In this document: one piece after another, positions 50,146 to 62,876 of the stretch
How positions within the stretch are numbered: the first letter of the stretch is position 1
Layout of the letters: every line of letters begins with the position of its first letter
Assembly: GCA_964187785.1 (NCBI GenBank)
Contig: OZ076409.1
Span: 53,756,001-53,820,000 of the forward strand
DNA: 64,000 bases
Source of the DNA: Amphiscolops sp. MND2022
Taxonomy: Eukaryota
Reading direction: 5' to 3'
Notes under the pieces: model-generated
The model's input: the letters and a program-made list of their open reading frames with translations, nothing else
Database searches by the model: none
What the model was told of the DNA's origin: nothing
Position numbers and translations under genes: made by a program

Positions 50146-51669
50146 TGTATGGAGTAATCGTCACGTGAATAAACGGGGCAAACAAGTGTAAATAATGACG
50201 AACAACCTGAACTCTTGTTGTTTCACACTGCTTTGGGTTTTACCAAGGAGCTGTTAATTGCCGGCGAAGCATGTAGAATGTTTGCTGAAATCAGAAACAA
50301 CAATTACTGGGTCAACTACAAAGTTAATTTATCAAACTCGAAAGGTGGCTAACAATGAAGAAAGAGTTGAGGTACTTGTGCTAATAAATGCAGTCTAAAG
50401 TACCCTTATAACATTTCGGTCAAAATGGTTTGAAACGTAGCCTGCACAAGATTGAAGAAATTGACTATTCTATTCTTGATGACCATTTACTAGGAGCCAA
50501 GTCAAATAGAACAATCGTAACAACTTTTGCTCGAATCTACTTCGTCAGTAGTTGAAGATCTACATATCCACGGATATCTAATTCTGGTTCTGAGCACGTC
50601 ACCAACCGCTTTATTGTACGAGAGTTGGATAAATTTAACGTTTCAAAGTTCTGTCAGATCAATTAAGTCCTTAATAATAAGCTTAAACTATGATTTGAGT
50701 GAGGCACACAGTACGATACAATATTTGAAGTTTTCGAAATGACTAATTCGAATCCGCAATAATCATAGCCATCAAGTTGCTTCAGCTGTTCCCTATAGCG
50801 GCAAAACATGAAATGCAGAACAGCGTTTCAGGTTTTCATCGTTCTTTTTTCTCTCTCTCTCTCTATCGACAAGTTTCAAATTTACATGTATTACAATGTG
50901 TCGCAGGCTGTCGCCTGTGACGGCAACCTTTACCAAATCACATTGGAAGGAGACAACTCTAATCCTCCTCCAGGAGTACTCCCTATTTAAAGACTGCCAA
51001 GCACCAAAAAGTAATATAAACTGCATGTATTTTGTTATTATTCTTATTACTTTTAATTTCACCGTAAAAGACTCAAGGTCTATACGGCCTCAGTACAATT
51101 AATAATTTTAGTTTACAAGGATGAATTTAATCATTTAGTAGTTCATCCTGTGCCTGTTTTATTATTGGAATGTTAATGCAATTTGACAAATGAATGTAAA
51201 ATCAATGATATAATGAAATGCAATTGTATGCGAAAGAGGAAACGTGTTCAAATGAGCGCTTCTTCTAGTAGTTTGTACTTGCTGTACAAGTATTTTAATC
51301 CAATCAGAACGCAGTATATTAGTGACGCTCCGTGGACAGAATGTCTGCCACGGTGGAATTAGCGCGAGAGTGCTGTTAGTGCTGTGTTTGAGTGTGGCCA
51401 CGCGGACTTAAAGTCCGCTACGGTGAAATACTGCGATAACATCAAAATATGCATTCTGAATACATGTAGTGTTGTAGATTAGTATTGAATGTACTTACAG
51501 GTCACTGTTGATATTTTCCTACTTTGTCGGCTTGACCATAAGATCCCCCATGCTTTTCTTTGATGCAATGACGTCATCGTGATGTATGTTAATATGATGC
51601 TATTTTTAGTTTGTCATATCTATATTTAGTAACATGACGCGCAATTTTTGTGCTGTCATCTCCTCCCGA

Positions 51670-51678
51670 CTATAAATA
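51670..51678 (+). promoter_or_regulatory. TATA-box candidate upstream of gag
   Basis: TATAAATAG about 165 nt upstream of the gag ATG. Confidence 0.45.
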
Positions 51679-51834
51679 GGGAGAGGACTAAATCCAAAGG
51701 GACAATCTTTCGATAAACTGAACTACAAACAAGTTGATAAATTCGACCAATTGATATTGTGCTTGTTTTAACCGTTTCATACGCTTGTACTATTCGTTCT
51801 TCAATTCAATATTACTTGTACTAATATTTCTTCA

Positions 51835-53588
51835 ATGCCATCTACAAGGAAGCAAAAGGCAAAGGAGAGACGCTCTAGACAACTAGACATCATGTCTGAT
51901 GTAGAAAATGTTGATGTAATGTTAGGAAATTATTCAACAATTAATCAAGATGATGACCGTAGCGAAACTGAGATAAATTTGGACTCTGAGTCAAGTAGGC
52001 CTCAATGTGCCTCTAATCTAACTGGGGAAGACTTTAGGTCATTACTTACAAACAGTAGAGAAAACAGTGAGATCACGATTCCGACGAATAGACTGATAAA
52101 TGAGGAAATTTCAAACCAAGTGTCTAGGAGATTAAATGAAATCAAAACCAGTTTAAATTCCCAAATTCAAAATGCTATTACTGCTGCAATAACTGATACA
52201 GTGCTTCCTTCTATACAGAATGTGTTAGAAATGCAGGGGAGACCAAATTTCACCGTGGTAGACCGGGCGTCCAACGGGCCTCATCCTGGCCCAAGGACAG
52301 GTAATTCCACCGTGGAGGACCAAAGGTCCAGTGGGCGACAGCGGAACCCCGAAGTAGGAAATTCTCAGAAATCATGGGAAAATTGTCCCAAAACCTGTTT
52401 TACGCAGGAAAAATGTGGACAGAGGTCTAGAGAAAGTTCAGTGGATTCTTATACGGATGAACAAAATCGCGACATGGTGACAGGAGCCAACCTTACCCCC
52501 CATATGGTTCCTGAGTTTCTCACTGGACGGCACATGCAATACCGTGAACCCCTGCAGCGTCAAAACGCTAATGCAGACGAATCTTTGGACCATTCCCCAC
52601 AGGTCCAGGAACCTGCAAGCCAAACTATCCCTTCAGACCCCGTCAACCGTCTTGCTGAAGTATTAGTTGGCATGAACAACCGTCCCTCAGCATAAACGCT
52701 GATGGTACGCCCCGTCAGCACAACTACACTGACGTTTGACGGCAAATCTGAGAATTTCGAACTTTTCGAAGATCTTTTTCACACAATGATAAAAATGCAA
52801 CCTGATATGACAGAAACAATGAAAATAAACCATTTTCATTCACTGTTACGCAAGAATGCGTTACAAACTTTCCGTAACATCAATACGGCAAACAGGCAAA
52901 CCTTGGAGGACATCTTGGCAGTATTTCGCCGAAAATACGTCAAACCTGAGTCCCAGGCGACCGCCAAACACAAATGGCACAGATTGGTGTTTGATCCAAA
53001 CACCATGAAATTGCCAGACTTCCTTGAGGAGTTAAATCAAGGAGCTGAAAAAGCGTTTGGTGAGAACGCCCAGGCCATGATTGACAGTCTTCTTTATGCC
53101 AAATTGCCACCAAAATTGAAACGCTACGTCAATATGGCTAGACTTGAAAATGCCACCTACGAGGAAATAGTCACCCACTTGGAGCGAGAGCTTGAGCTTA
53201 ATGGACTCGAGGAGGGGGACGACATTCCAGTACCAACAATGTCCACTGCCCCGTACAGCAACACGACCGGGAACTGGCCTTCTTTCTTCTGGCATCGATC
53301 CCAACATTACCTGCAACTATTGCAAGAAACCGGGACATGTCAATGACGACTGCCGAAAACTCAAAAGAAAGGATGGACAACGCCGCAATGACGGGCAGGT
53401 TACCAAGAAAGAGTATCCAAAATGTCCAACTTGCGACAAAACGAACCACCCGGCGGAACGATGTTGGAAAGGCGCTGGAGCCCACCTCAAGCCCAAAACC
53501 CGACACTACCGCCGATGATACGTCCACCAGCAAAGACGATGCAAAAAATACACAACCGACCTCCATTTTGAAAAACCCAAAAAACTAG
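51835..53588 (+). pseudogene. gag: Gag with two CCHC zinc knuckles, disrupted
   Basis: FDGKSENFELFEDLF capsid core; CNYCKKPGHVNDDC and CPTCDKTNHPAERC. Stop at 52693 and frameshifts at ~53250 and ~53500. Confidence 0.85.
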
Positions 53589-53719
53589 ATTCGCCACGAC
53601 TCCAATTTAATGAAAAACTCCGTGTTCGACGATACATAATATCTGACCCTTCAAACGTCTACTACACCGAATATTATACCTCTCTTAAAGAAACACCATC
53701 AGCTGACTGGCAGCAGCAG

Positions 53720-56700
53720 ATGAAAATTCTACCTAAATTCTCAACCACTTTGGACCCCATGTCCAACAGACTACAACATGATACTATTACTATACGACTT
53801 ATACCTCTCATTGATGACTATAACCCATACTACTCCGATCCTGACTATGGTTTTGACCCTTATTGGGACGCTAATTCCTACAATCAACATCATCTATACT
53901 TTTACCGTAAGTTTAACAAACCAAGCCACAACATAGAACCAGAGTCCTATGACATTGACCAAGCCTTGAATGTGGCCCTTGTGAAAGCCCGAGTTGACCC
54001 TTGGCAAAAGGAAACACTACCAAGATACCAAATGACTCACAAAGGGCCTGACACCGAATTTCACCGTGTGGGACCACAAGTCTCTCTGGCTACAGCAGTT
54101 GCCGCGCGTTTCGTGGACACTCTAATCACAAGAACTGGCGAACCAGACTATGTACCGCTGACAACCAATCTTGGCCTTAAAGACAAACGACGAATGCTCT
54201 ACTTTCCGATGGATTTTGGCGAACTAACATTAGATGGCCTTGTAGACACAGGAGCTCTATCTAGCGCAATCCCAGAAGCTGATCTACGTAAAATCCGATT
54301 ACTAGCCCCTCAGTCTATTGTCAAAGAGGGCCCGGCTCCCAACTTCCAAATTATGGTTGCTAATGGGCAGCTGGAAACTCCGAAGAGCACAGTCGAGCTG
54401 AAGTTTGAAGTTGGCGACATAGAATTCCACGAGATATTCATAGTTATGGAAAAACTTACTAGCCCTTTGATTGGTCTTTCCTTCCTGCAAAGGAATAACA
54501 CCATTCTGGACATGAGACAAGGTGTCCTGAATTTCCCTTTCTTTTCAATGCAATTGAAAACTGCCGACCACAAGTACACTAACGTCATGGAACCCATCTG
54601 CATTAGTGAGGATGTAACCATCCCACCTAATGACCGACACACGGTCCAGCTGGCCTCACAACTGTACGAAGACACTACAGTTACTGGGATCCTTCAGCCA
54701 AGCAACACGATTACAGATGATGGCGATATTGCCTTCTGTGCTGCTCTAGTCACCCTGACCAATGGTCAGGTATCGGTTCATCTGAACAATTTCACTGACA
54801 GTCCGTATACCCTCAAAAGGGGCACACAGGTAGCTACTTTCACTGTTCTAACACCTGAACAGATGAAATATGTTAAACCTATAGACCCGGTGACCACATG
54901 GCACCTCCTCCAGGCTAACCCTGAGAATGCTGCTTACTACGCAAGCAGCTTGATCAAATCTACAAAACCTGAGGACTTCAAGGAGAACTACTGGTTTCCC
55001 ACACCAGAAGACCCTGGGGACTCTCAGCATCACACGCCCATACAGGAAAGGATTTTGTCAGAACTAATCAACCTTCAAGATTTAGAGAAACTTAACCCTC
55101 AAGACGACCCTGAGTCCAGACGGAAATTCTTGTCCAATTTTGACTGGACAGACTCTATGCTACAACCAGCTGAATTAGCTCGCATAGAAGATTTACTTGT
55201 CGAATTCCACGACATATTCGCAAGACACCGATTCGACATAGGCATGAACGAGGACTTCAAGGTCAAATTAACGCCGAAAGGCGATTCCCCAGCCTATAGT
55301 CAAAGTTTGCCGACACCGATAAACCTCAAGGAAGATATCCTTGTGGAAGTGGCACTATTACACCGTTACGGGATCATTACAACACTCCCATTCTCCAAAT
55401 ACGCAAGCCCAATATTTGCCCAGAAGAAACCCAATGGCAAACTGCGACTTTTAGTTGATCTACGGAAGATAAACAATCTCATTTCCGATGAATATATCAA
55501 TAACAACCACCCCGTGAGCACTCTCACAGACGCAGCCCAACACATGGCCGGGAAAAAGCTATTTTGCAAACTGGACTGCTCGCAAGCATATCATTGCTTA
55601 CTGATGGCTGACCAACGGTCCATCGAAATGCTTGCCTTCAACTTTGCTAGCAGGACCTTCGCATACAGAAGATTAGCACAAGGACTTAGTCGAGCCCTAT
55701 CGGCCTTTTCCAGCTTCATGCGTGAATATTTGGACAAAGTCATAAAAGCTGATCAATGTGCCCAATACCTTGATGGTATTGGCATCGCCGCCAACGATGC
55801 CGAACAACTTATTACCAACCTTAGGGCTACGTTTCAATGCATTCAACAAGCTGGTCTCAAACTTACAATGCATAAATGCCTTTTTGGAGCAACCAAAAAT
55901 TGACTTTCTGGGACGTACCATCACTCCTGCTGGAGTGAAGCCACAGAGACCACGAGTCCAAAATTTCCTGGAAAATACGAAATTCCCGAAATCAAAGAAA
56001 GCACTTCAACGATACTTGGGATCCTTAAACTACTATAGAAATTACATCCCAAGGCTTTCCGAAAAACTAACACCGTTTTTCAAACTCGTTACTGAAGATG
56101 AAAAAGTCCTGGTAACACCGGACCTCTTGGAAAAATCCACCGAGATAAACAAGGCTCTTGACCGATGTTGCGAACTGGCACTCAAACAGCCCTTACCGAA
56201 CAAGCAAATAGCCCTTATGACGGATGCCAGCTTTTCGGCCGCAGGGTACGCAGTTCTCATCGAGGACGATCCACTCGAGAAATACACTTCCACAAGGAAA
56301 GCTTTCGCACCAGTAGCCTATGGATCCAAGACCTTTAGTCCAGCCCAACTGAAAATATCCATCTACGCCAAGGAATTCCTAGCAATTTTCTTTGCCTTCA
56401 AAGAGTTTGGAAATATCTTTTGGGGAACCTTAAAACCGGTGATTATACTCACTGACAACAAATCCGTCACACGATTTTTTCAGACGAAAATCATTCCGCC
56501 AACACTATGGAACGCATGTGACTATGTCATTCAGTTCAATTTCACAATTGCCCATATCTCTGGCAAAAACAATACTGCCGCTGACTACTTGTCCCGTCTC
56601 GAAATCTCTCCAAGAGAAACTGATCATCAGAATCAGAGAAGAAATTCCAACAACGCCGATTGAACTACACGTCCAATCAGCAGGAGTGTCTGAAGAGGAG

Positions 56701-58181
56701 CAAATTTTCTATACGGAGGTTGACGAAGAAACAGAAGAACAGATTTTACAACGTAAAAAGGCAGCTAGAGACCATCCAGCAAACCAATTACCTGATATTT
56801 CATTCGAAAATTCACTACACACAAAAGTGATTATCACAAACTTTCAACATTTCAAAAATTATCCTACGCGAACTCTATAGTAGTAGAACAAAACAACGAC
56901 GTCATTCTGCAACAATTACGCCTAAAAATACTGAAAGAAAGCTACTGAGAGACTATCTTGCTGCAAGACCACCGCTACCAACATTATTGTCGCCAAATGG
57001 ACCGACTGTCCGTTACGGATGAAATTATTACCAGACAGTTTTTTGACGAAACAGGAGCTGTCAAATACAATCAAGTGCTCTTACCCAAACATCTGGTCCA
57101 AGAACTACTTGAATCTCTACACGGCAAAGCCAATAAGCACCCGGGAATATCCAAGATGCTCATCGAAATTCGCCAAAAATATTATCCCGGCATTGCAAAA
57201 ATTGTTAAAAAATGGGTTCAGGGCTGTGAAATTTGCATCAAAGATAAAAAAATCCCAAACCCATTGATAACGCCTGAACTGCTAAATTTACCCGAATGGG
57301 ACTTAGGCCCAGAAGACGCAATACAAATAGATTTATTACCGAACCTACCCCCAAGTGGTACACAAATACTACTGGACTCGACAAAGAAAAACATCATGCA
57401 ATCCTATTTAAAGTACAAGGAATATTACGACCGAAAGGCCAAAGCGGCCCCTTTAAAACAGAACGATTATTGTTTTATACTACAACCTCTTGCTGATCAC
57501 CAAGGATCGAAAATTCCGTTCCGCGAATATCGATGGACAGGACCCTATATTGTCGAGAAGGTCCTACCGAATGAAAACTACATAGTTAGAAAACTCAATT
57601 CCAATAAAACACAAATTCTACACCGTATCAGACTACGCAAATACGAACCGAACATCGTCCTAGAGGAGGTCAGCCCGGAAGGCAATTTGCATCCGGACGA
57701 CGAAATTATTATCCCACAGGATGACCTCTACGTTATCACTTGGGAAACTAATTTTGAAGAATTTCCCAATATCACCGAAGAAAACACAATTCCTACGCGC
57801 CGAGAAGCTCTAGACACTTCTAATGATTACGTCAATGAAGACAGTGCGCCGGACGAAATTTTCATCGACGTGGACATTAGGTCCACCGGGCCTCAAGAAA
57901 TTGACGCCAGAGCGCCAGACGAGATTTTCACCGACGTGGACCTTGGGTCCACCGGGCCTCACGAAAATGATGACTTTGATTCGCTTGAAAAGATCCGCTC
58001 AGAACGCTTAAATGACACGTCTGACGACCAAAAATCGCCAGGAGGGAGCGATACTATCGTGCCCGTAGTATTAGACGATGAAAATGATGTTATGATTGTA
58101 GAAAATGAAAGCCCTAGGGGAGGGAAATATAACCTTCGACCTAACCCCAACCCCAACTTCACTGATGAATACAGATACTAG
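53720..58181 (+). pseudogene. pol: Pol (PR-RT-RNase H-IN); RT motif mutated and integrase core deleted
   Basis: LVDTGA; SPIFAQKKPNGKLRLLVDLR; QYLDG in place of YxDD; TDASF, YAKEFLAI, TDNK; HPG..CEIC; W.GPY; terminal KYNLRP. Several frameshifts and stops. Confidence 0.92.
57845..57965 (+). repeat. 66-bp in-frame tandem duplication in the pol C-terminus
   Basis: APDEIFIDVDIRSTGP / APDEIFTDVDLGSTGP; each unit carries a GTGGAC-N5-GTCCAC palindrome. Confidence 0.85.
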
Positions 58182-58349
58182 TCAGATATTTAAATTACTG
58201 TCTTGTGCTTGAGCAATGATAATATCTTTTAGGGACATGACTGACTACTAAACTGAAAACTACGAACGACATCAAACAACAAATGGATAAACATAAATAA
58301 ACTGAATAAAATAAAGACTGTTTATCATCTGCAAGTATGTATTAGACAT

Positions 58350-61300
58350 TTAGAGCTTAGTGGGACTCCCACTCGAATGACTTCTTCGCTCGACCGAACT
58401 TCCTCTCGATGCTGATCGGCCCTGACGCTTGGTAGACTTAATGTCTCGGGACTTTTTTGGCGATTTCCCAGAACCTTGAGGATCAACACTAGCACACATG
58501 GTGACTTTGCGCTGCCCAGCAGATTGAGAATTGATGCAGTCTTGAATTGCAGCGCGATTGAATCGATCCATTTCGTCCCAAGGACAATAGGTACTGCTGA
58601 GCCCAGTACCCCCAAATGTCTTTTCCAGGGCCAGAAAACGGGCAGTAGAACCTTCGGAGACAAGTGTGTCCAGTCCACGAGCGACGTTGCTGAGATAAGA
58701 CTGAATAGGAGCGACAATGTCAAACATCACACTTGTGGGTTCGTCAGTCTTGTTAGAACCAAATCTAACAAGTGCAAACGTAAACCTGGGCTCATCAAGG
58801 CAGAGACAGCTAAGACGGAAAATCCTCGTCAGATGTACTCGAGACTTTAAGGCAGGTTGCTTAGACACGAAGTCAATAGTATCAGCAATTAGCAGTTTAG
58901 GTTGTTGCATCTCAGGATGAGTGCGTCTCAACTCGTCAATGAACGAAAGGTACTCTTCAATGTAGACAGTTTCCTCCTCGGACTGAAAGACACCTAGTCG
59001 GAAACTAGAGAACAGGTTCTTGAAACAATATGCAGCTTGCTCCATAGTGTCTAGAAACAGAGTCTCTAGTTCGAAGGAGCCTAACCCTTTGACGATTTCT
59101 GAAGTGAATATGGTGAGTCCAGTAGCTGCTCCGAAAAGATGCACCACATACCCACGGGCTTGTCTACCAAATTCCTCGCGATAATTGGCAATTATTTCCT
59201 CAAGGCTCAGTTCACTATGTTTTGCTTCCATTCGTTCCTTCTCGGATTTACGTTTGCAGCAAGCTTCCAGTCGGGGTCCCAGTTTTAAGCGGGATATAAA
59301 ATCAGTGACTGTGAGGGCTTTTGCATCTGGAATGGAGATCCGAAGTATGTCATGGTAGTCAGCTTCGGACGGCAGGCAACTGGGTCGAATGCACCGCTGG
59401 GCAAGTTTGTGCAAATATTGGCCGAACTCGTTGTGGACATGAAAACCTCGATCACGTCTCGTCTTGAGATTGAGGATGAAACTGCTGGAATCTAAAGAGT
59501 ACAACCATGAACTCAGGAAAGCAGACAGTCACTACAACACACGTTTTACCACTTACAATCGCGGAAAAATCGACAGAACAAGTCCAATCGACAGGGAAAG
59601 AGGTCATGATAAACTATGGACCATTCCAGGTTCTGTGGCTGAAATGATTACGGATTTAAACTAAACAGGACTCAAGGTCATCTAAGGCATACAAGGACAA
59701 TATCTATTACCTCGTTTCGAACTCCTTGTTTTTCTTGGAGTGAGGCGTGCTTGGAAAGGTATCCTACCATATTTGACCAATTGTCCAGCAATTCCTGGCA
59801 CAGTGCAGGGAGTCCACTGACATCAAGTTGACTTGTCTTGATGGCCTAAAACAGTATATCTATAATAAGCTCAATAGCACAAAACGGTACACGAAAAAAA
59901 ACGCTCATACTTTTGGAAACTACGAGTCATTACTTGGCAAAGTGAAGTTATTTACCTTGGTTAGTTCAGGAGACAACAACACCCAGTCCAGTTCTGAGCT
60001 GCCCCCAAGCGAGATGACAAGGTAGCGCAGTACGGAGAAGAAGTCTAGGCGTCCAAAGACACTCTGGCTTTTCTTGTGCATCAAGGTTGAAAGGTTCAGC
60101 TCTTCGAAACGAGGGGTACTCTGCACTCCACGAGGACTGTATGGACTCTGATCAATCAATTGCACTGTACGGGCGCTACTTCCAGTACAATTAACTAGGC
60201 GCGGTCTAGTTGAGATTGCTCCCATGATGTACGAGATTAGGCACACTTCAGCCTGAGTCTGGCCCTGTACCTGCCCGGTCCGTTTGAGAAACACCCGACA
60301 CAGTTGATCCCCGTGCCAGAATCTGACAAAGGACAGGAGGAAAACACCATCAATAGCAAATTCCACTGCGTATTCTCCTGACGAATTGATCTGAGTTCCA
60401 AGGTCCTCAACAAGTTCAAGAAACATGTGGTGGAACAAGACCTAAACACAAAATCGATTGATTAGTCCCAGGAGATACTAAGTGTAAGCACTTTAACGGA
60501 GGTCGTAAATAGAGAATATGAAATAATTGTGGTTACTCACACTGATTCTTTCCTTCCCCCAGTTGAAATCCATGAACAGGGATTGGTGATTGACTATGAC
60601 CCCGACGTCACTCCAGAAGCTTTTCAGAACCTCAAGGTCACCGTGGGTAGGAAGGAACTTGGCCACTACGGACAATTGGACTCGGGCACGATTTTCTGAC
60701 GAAGAAGACATATAACCCGTCCCTGCCATGAATTCATCGTAAAATGGTAGCTTTTGGCCAATTTCAACTAGCGGTGCATCTTTGAAATAAAGCAATTCCA
60801 ATTCCAACTGGTATGGCGAAAGCAGTTTACCATCTCTACCTCGGACTTGGTAGATTTTTGTCTTGGTAACTGGATCAACTTTGTAGAGATACTCGTATCG
60901 CCACCTTTGATCCTTGCGTAAGTGTTTTCCGGAGGAATGATGACGCAAGATTTCCCGTGCTCCCTTGCCATAGATAGAGATGTTGGCCTTACAGATCTGA
61001 CAGTAGAACTTGTAAGGGTTCCACCGTTGGTCCACTGGACCTGACACGAATGTTCGGGTCCATTCCATTCCCCTGAAGTAAGCTTCCTTCATTATTTTAC
61101 ACAACCTTGTGATTTGCCTGCGGGTCCCCTTGCCCCGGGAACTGGAAGTGAACCTCCCACGCTGGTTACGAGGAAGCTTACCCTGGTCTTTCATCGCTTC
61201 GGCCTTTAAGGAAGCAAGTGTTTGGGCGTCAGGACTATCAGCAGCTGTCAATGGGGTGTTGATCCCTCGGTCCGCATAGCTACATGACGCTCCCTCAGAA

Positions 61301-62876
61301 GCTTTTGGCGGGGCAATTATTGTCTCAGTCTCTGGCCTTTCGTAAAAGTAACCAATGCTGGAGAACTCATTATCACTTTGGAGGGCTCCACTTGTGTCGC
61401 TGAGTTGACCAGGCGTCGCGACCTTTGGTATTGTCTGCCATCCAAAGACTTAGGGGTAGCCATGTTGCTTGTAGTGGCTTCTAATGTGAGTCTCCTTGTT
61501 TGTTGGATGATCCCTTCTAACATGTCTTGGGAGGCCCTCACAGTTTCATCCGCGACAATTTTAATGACGCTGCTCAACTGATCTTCAGTAAACGCAATGA
61601 CTGGGTGTCCCTGGGGAAAGTTGAAGGGTTCATTAGTTTGGAAGTGTTCTTTAATGAGTGCCCTGCTAGTCGGTTTAAGACTTTGACTTCTAGAAACTAC
61701 GGGTAGGCCAACAGTGGTAAACGCACTTTCAGCATCACTTGAATCGACATTAAGCTGTCGGGACTTCAAGTCCATAGCCTGTGCAATTGTAGAGCCAGCT
61801 GAGTTAAAGGAAGACTAAGCGTCAGTTTCAACTGCAGGTTCACTACTGTTCACCGTGTCAGTCCGATCGTCTTTGTGGCCTGTTTCGACATTCGAGTCCG
61901 AGTCGGTCTCTTCATCACTCATGGTACGAAACGGAGTTGGAGCTCTTTGTTTGGCTGGAGGACGACTTTCATGAAAAGATGTACTCCCTATTCTTGGGCG
62001 TTTGCTTGCACCCTGAGTACGTTCTGTTTCCGCTTGAGAACTGCCCCCATGCTCTGGTCCTAGGAACGAAACTTTAGGTCCTGCGGGACCTTGTTCAGTT
62101 GGGCTTAATTGAGAGCTGGAGGAAGGAATCATTACAGGAGGTTCACTCTCACTCGCTTTTACAGTATCGATGGCCCCCACTAAAGCCTCTTGTTTCCGTA
62201 AATCTTCAAGACTGCCAATTTTGCGGGTCAAATACGGCTGAATGCTTCCTCCAGAGCTACTATTCCCAAACGCAAATGGATTGATTACGGAAGGGGTGTA
62301 ATCTGGGGACGGTGGTCGCGGAGTCTGTTGACTAACGGCAGGAGTGGAAGAATCGGCACTTCTTGCAGCGGGATCTTGTTCAGATGAAGCCTGTGATCCG
62401 CTTCCCTCAATAATCTCTATGGCGGTGGGTAAAATGCTAGGAGAAGTTGGAGTCGAAGTTGTCTGCTTGGAAGTAGAAGTTGCTTCCTCCACAGTTGCTG
62501 GACTACTGGTCTGCGCAGCCTCATCAGGGCGTTGAGTCAGATTGTTTTCTCTGATGCTCTCATTGTTCGTGGACGTCTGGATCGCTTGACCGTTTGATTC
62601 AGTTCCTGAATTGAAAGGAATAAATTCGCGCGGTTCACTTCCTGCAAATGAATCTATCTTGCCGCATTTGAAAAATCTTCCGGAAGTAAAGTTCAACTCA
62701 TTCAACTTAGTTTGAAAACATTTCACGATGAAGGAAGTACTATTAGTCGAACCTAATCCCTGATCAAGTTTAGTAAGACAAAATGAAAGAACCAACCTGA
62801 TGTTATTTCCATGATGGAAAACAGAATTGTTGTCCCGAACGTCGTTTGGAAATGTTGGGCTGAAGAATACGCTCAA
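58350..62876 (-). pseudogene. Spliced antisense gene: S/T/P-rich N-terminus, BED-type zinc finger and degenerate hAT-transposase-like body; a few disablements in this copy
   Basis: KFYCQICKANISI..KG..EILRHHSSGKH finger. GT-AG introns at 60540-60442, 59910-59846, 59710-59661 and 59556-59492. The first two join in frame; exon 59660-59557 needs a 1-nt shift. In-frame TAG at 61815 and 59920; one frameshift in the ~61250-61450 region. Confidence 0.7.

Noticed and set aside
50808..50990. 60-aa ORF with a signal-peptide-like start
   Set aside because: The hydrophobicity comes from a T/CT microsatellite tract; no other support.
51395..51410. TGGCCACGCGG as PBS of the second Gypsy element
   Set aside because: It is not preceded by a CA LTR end, I recognise no tRNA match, and no second LTR copy is in the window.
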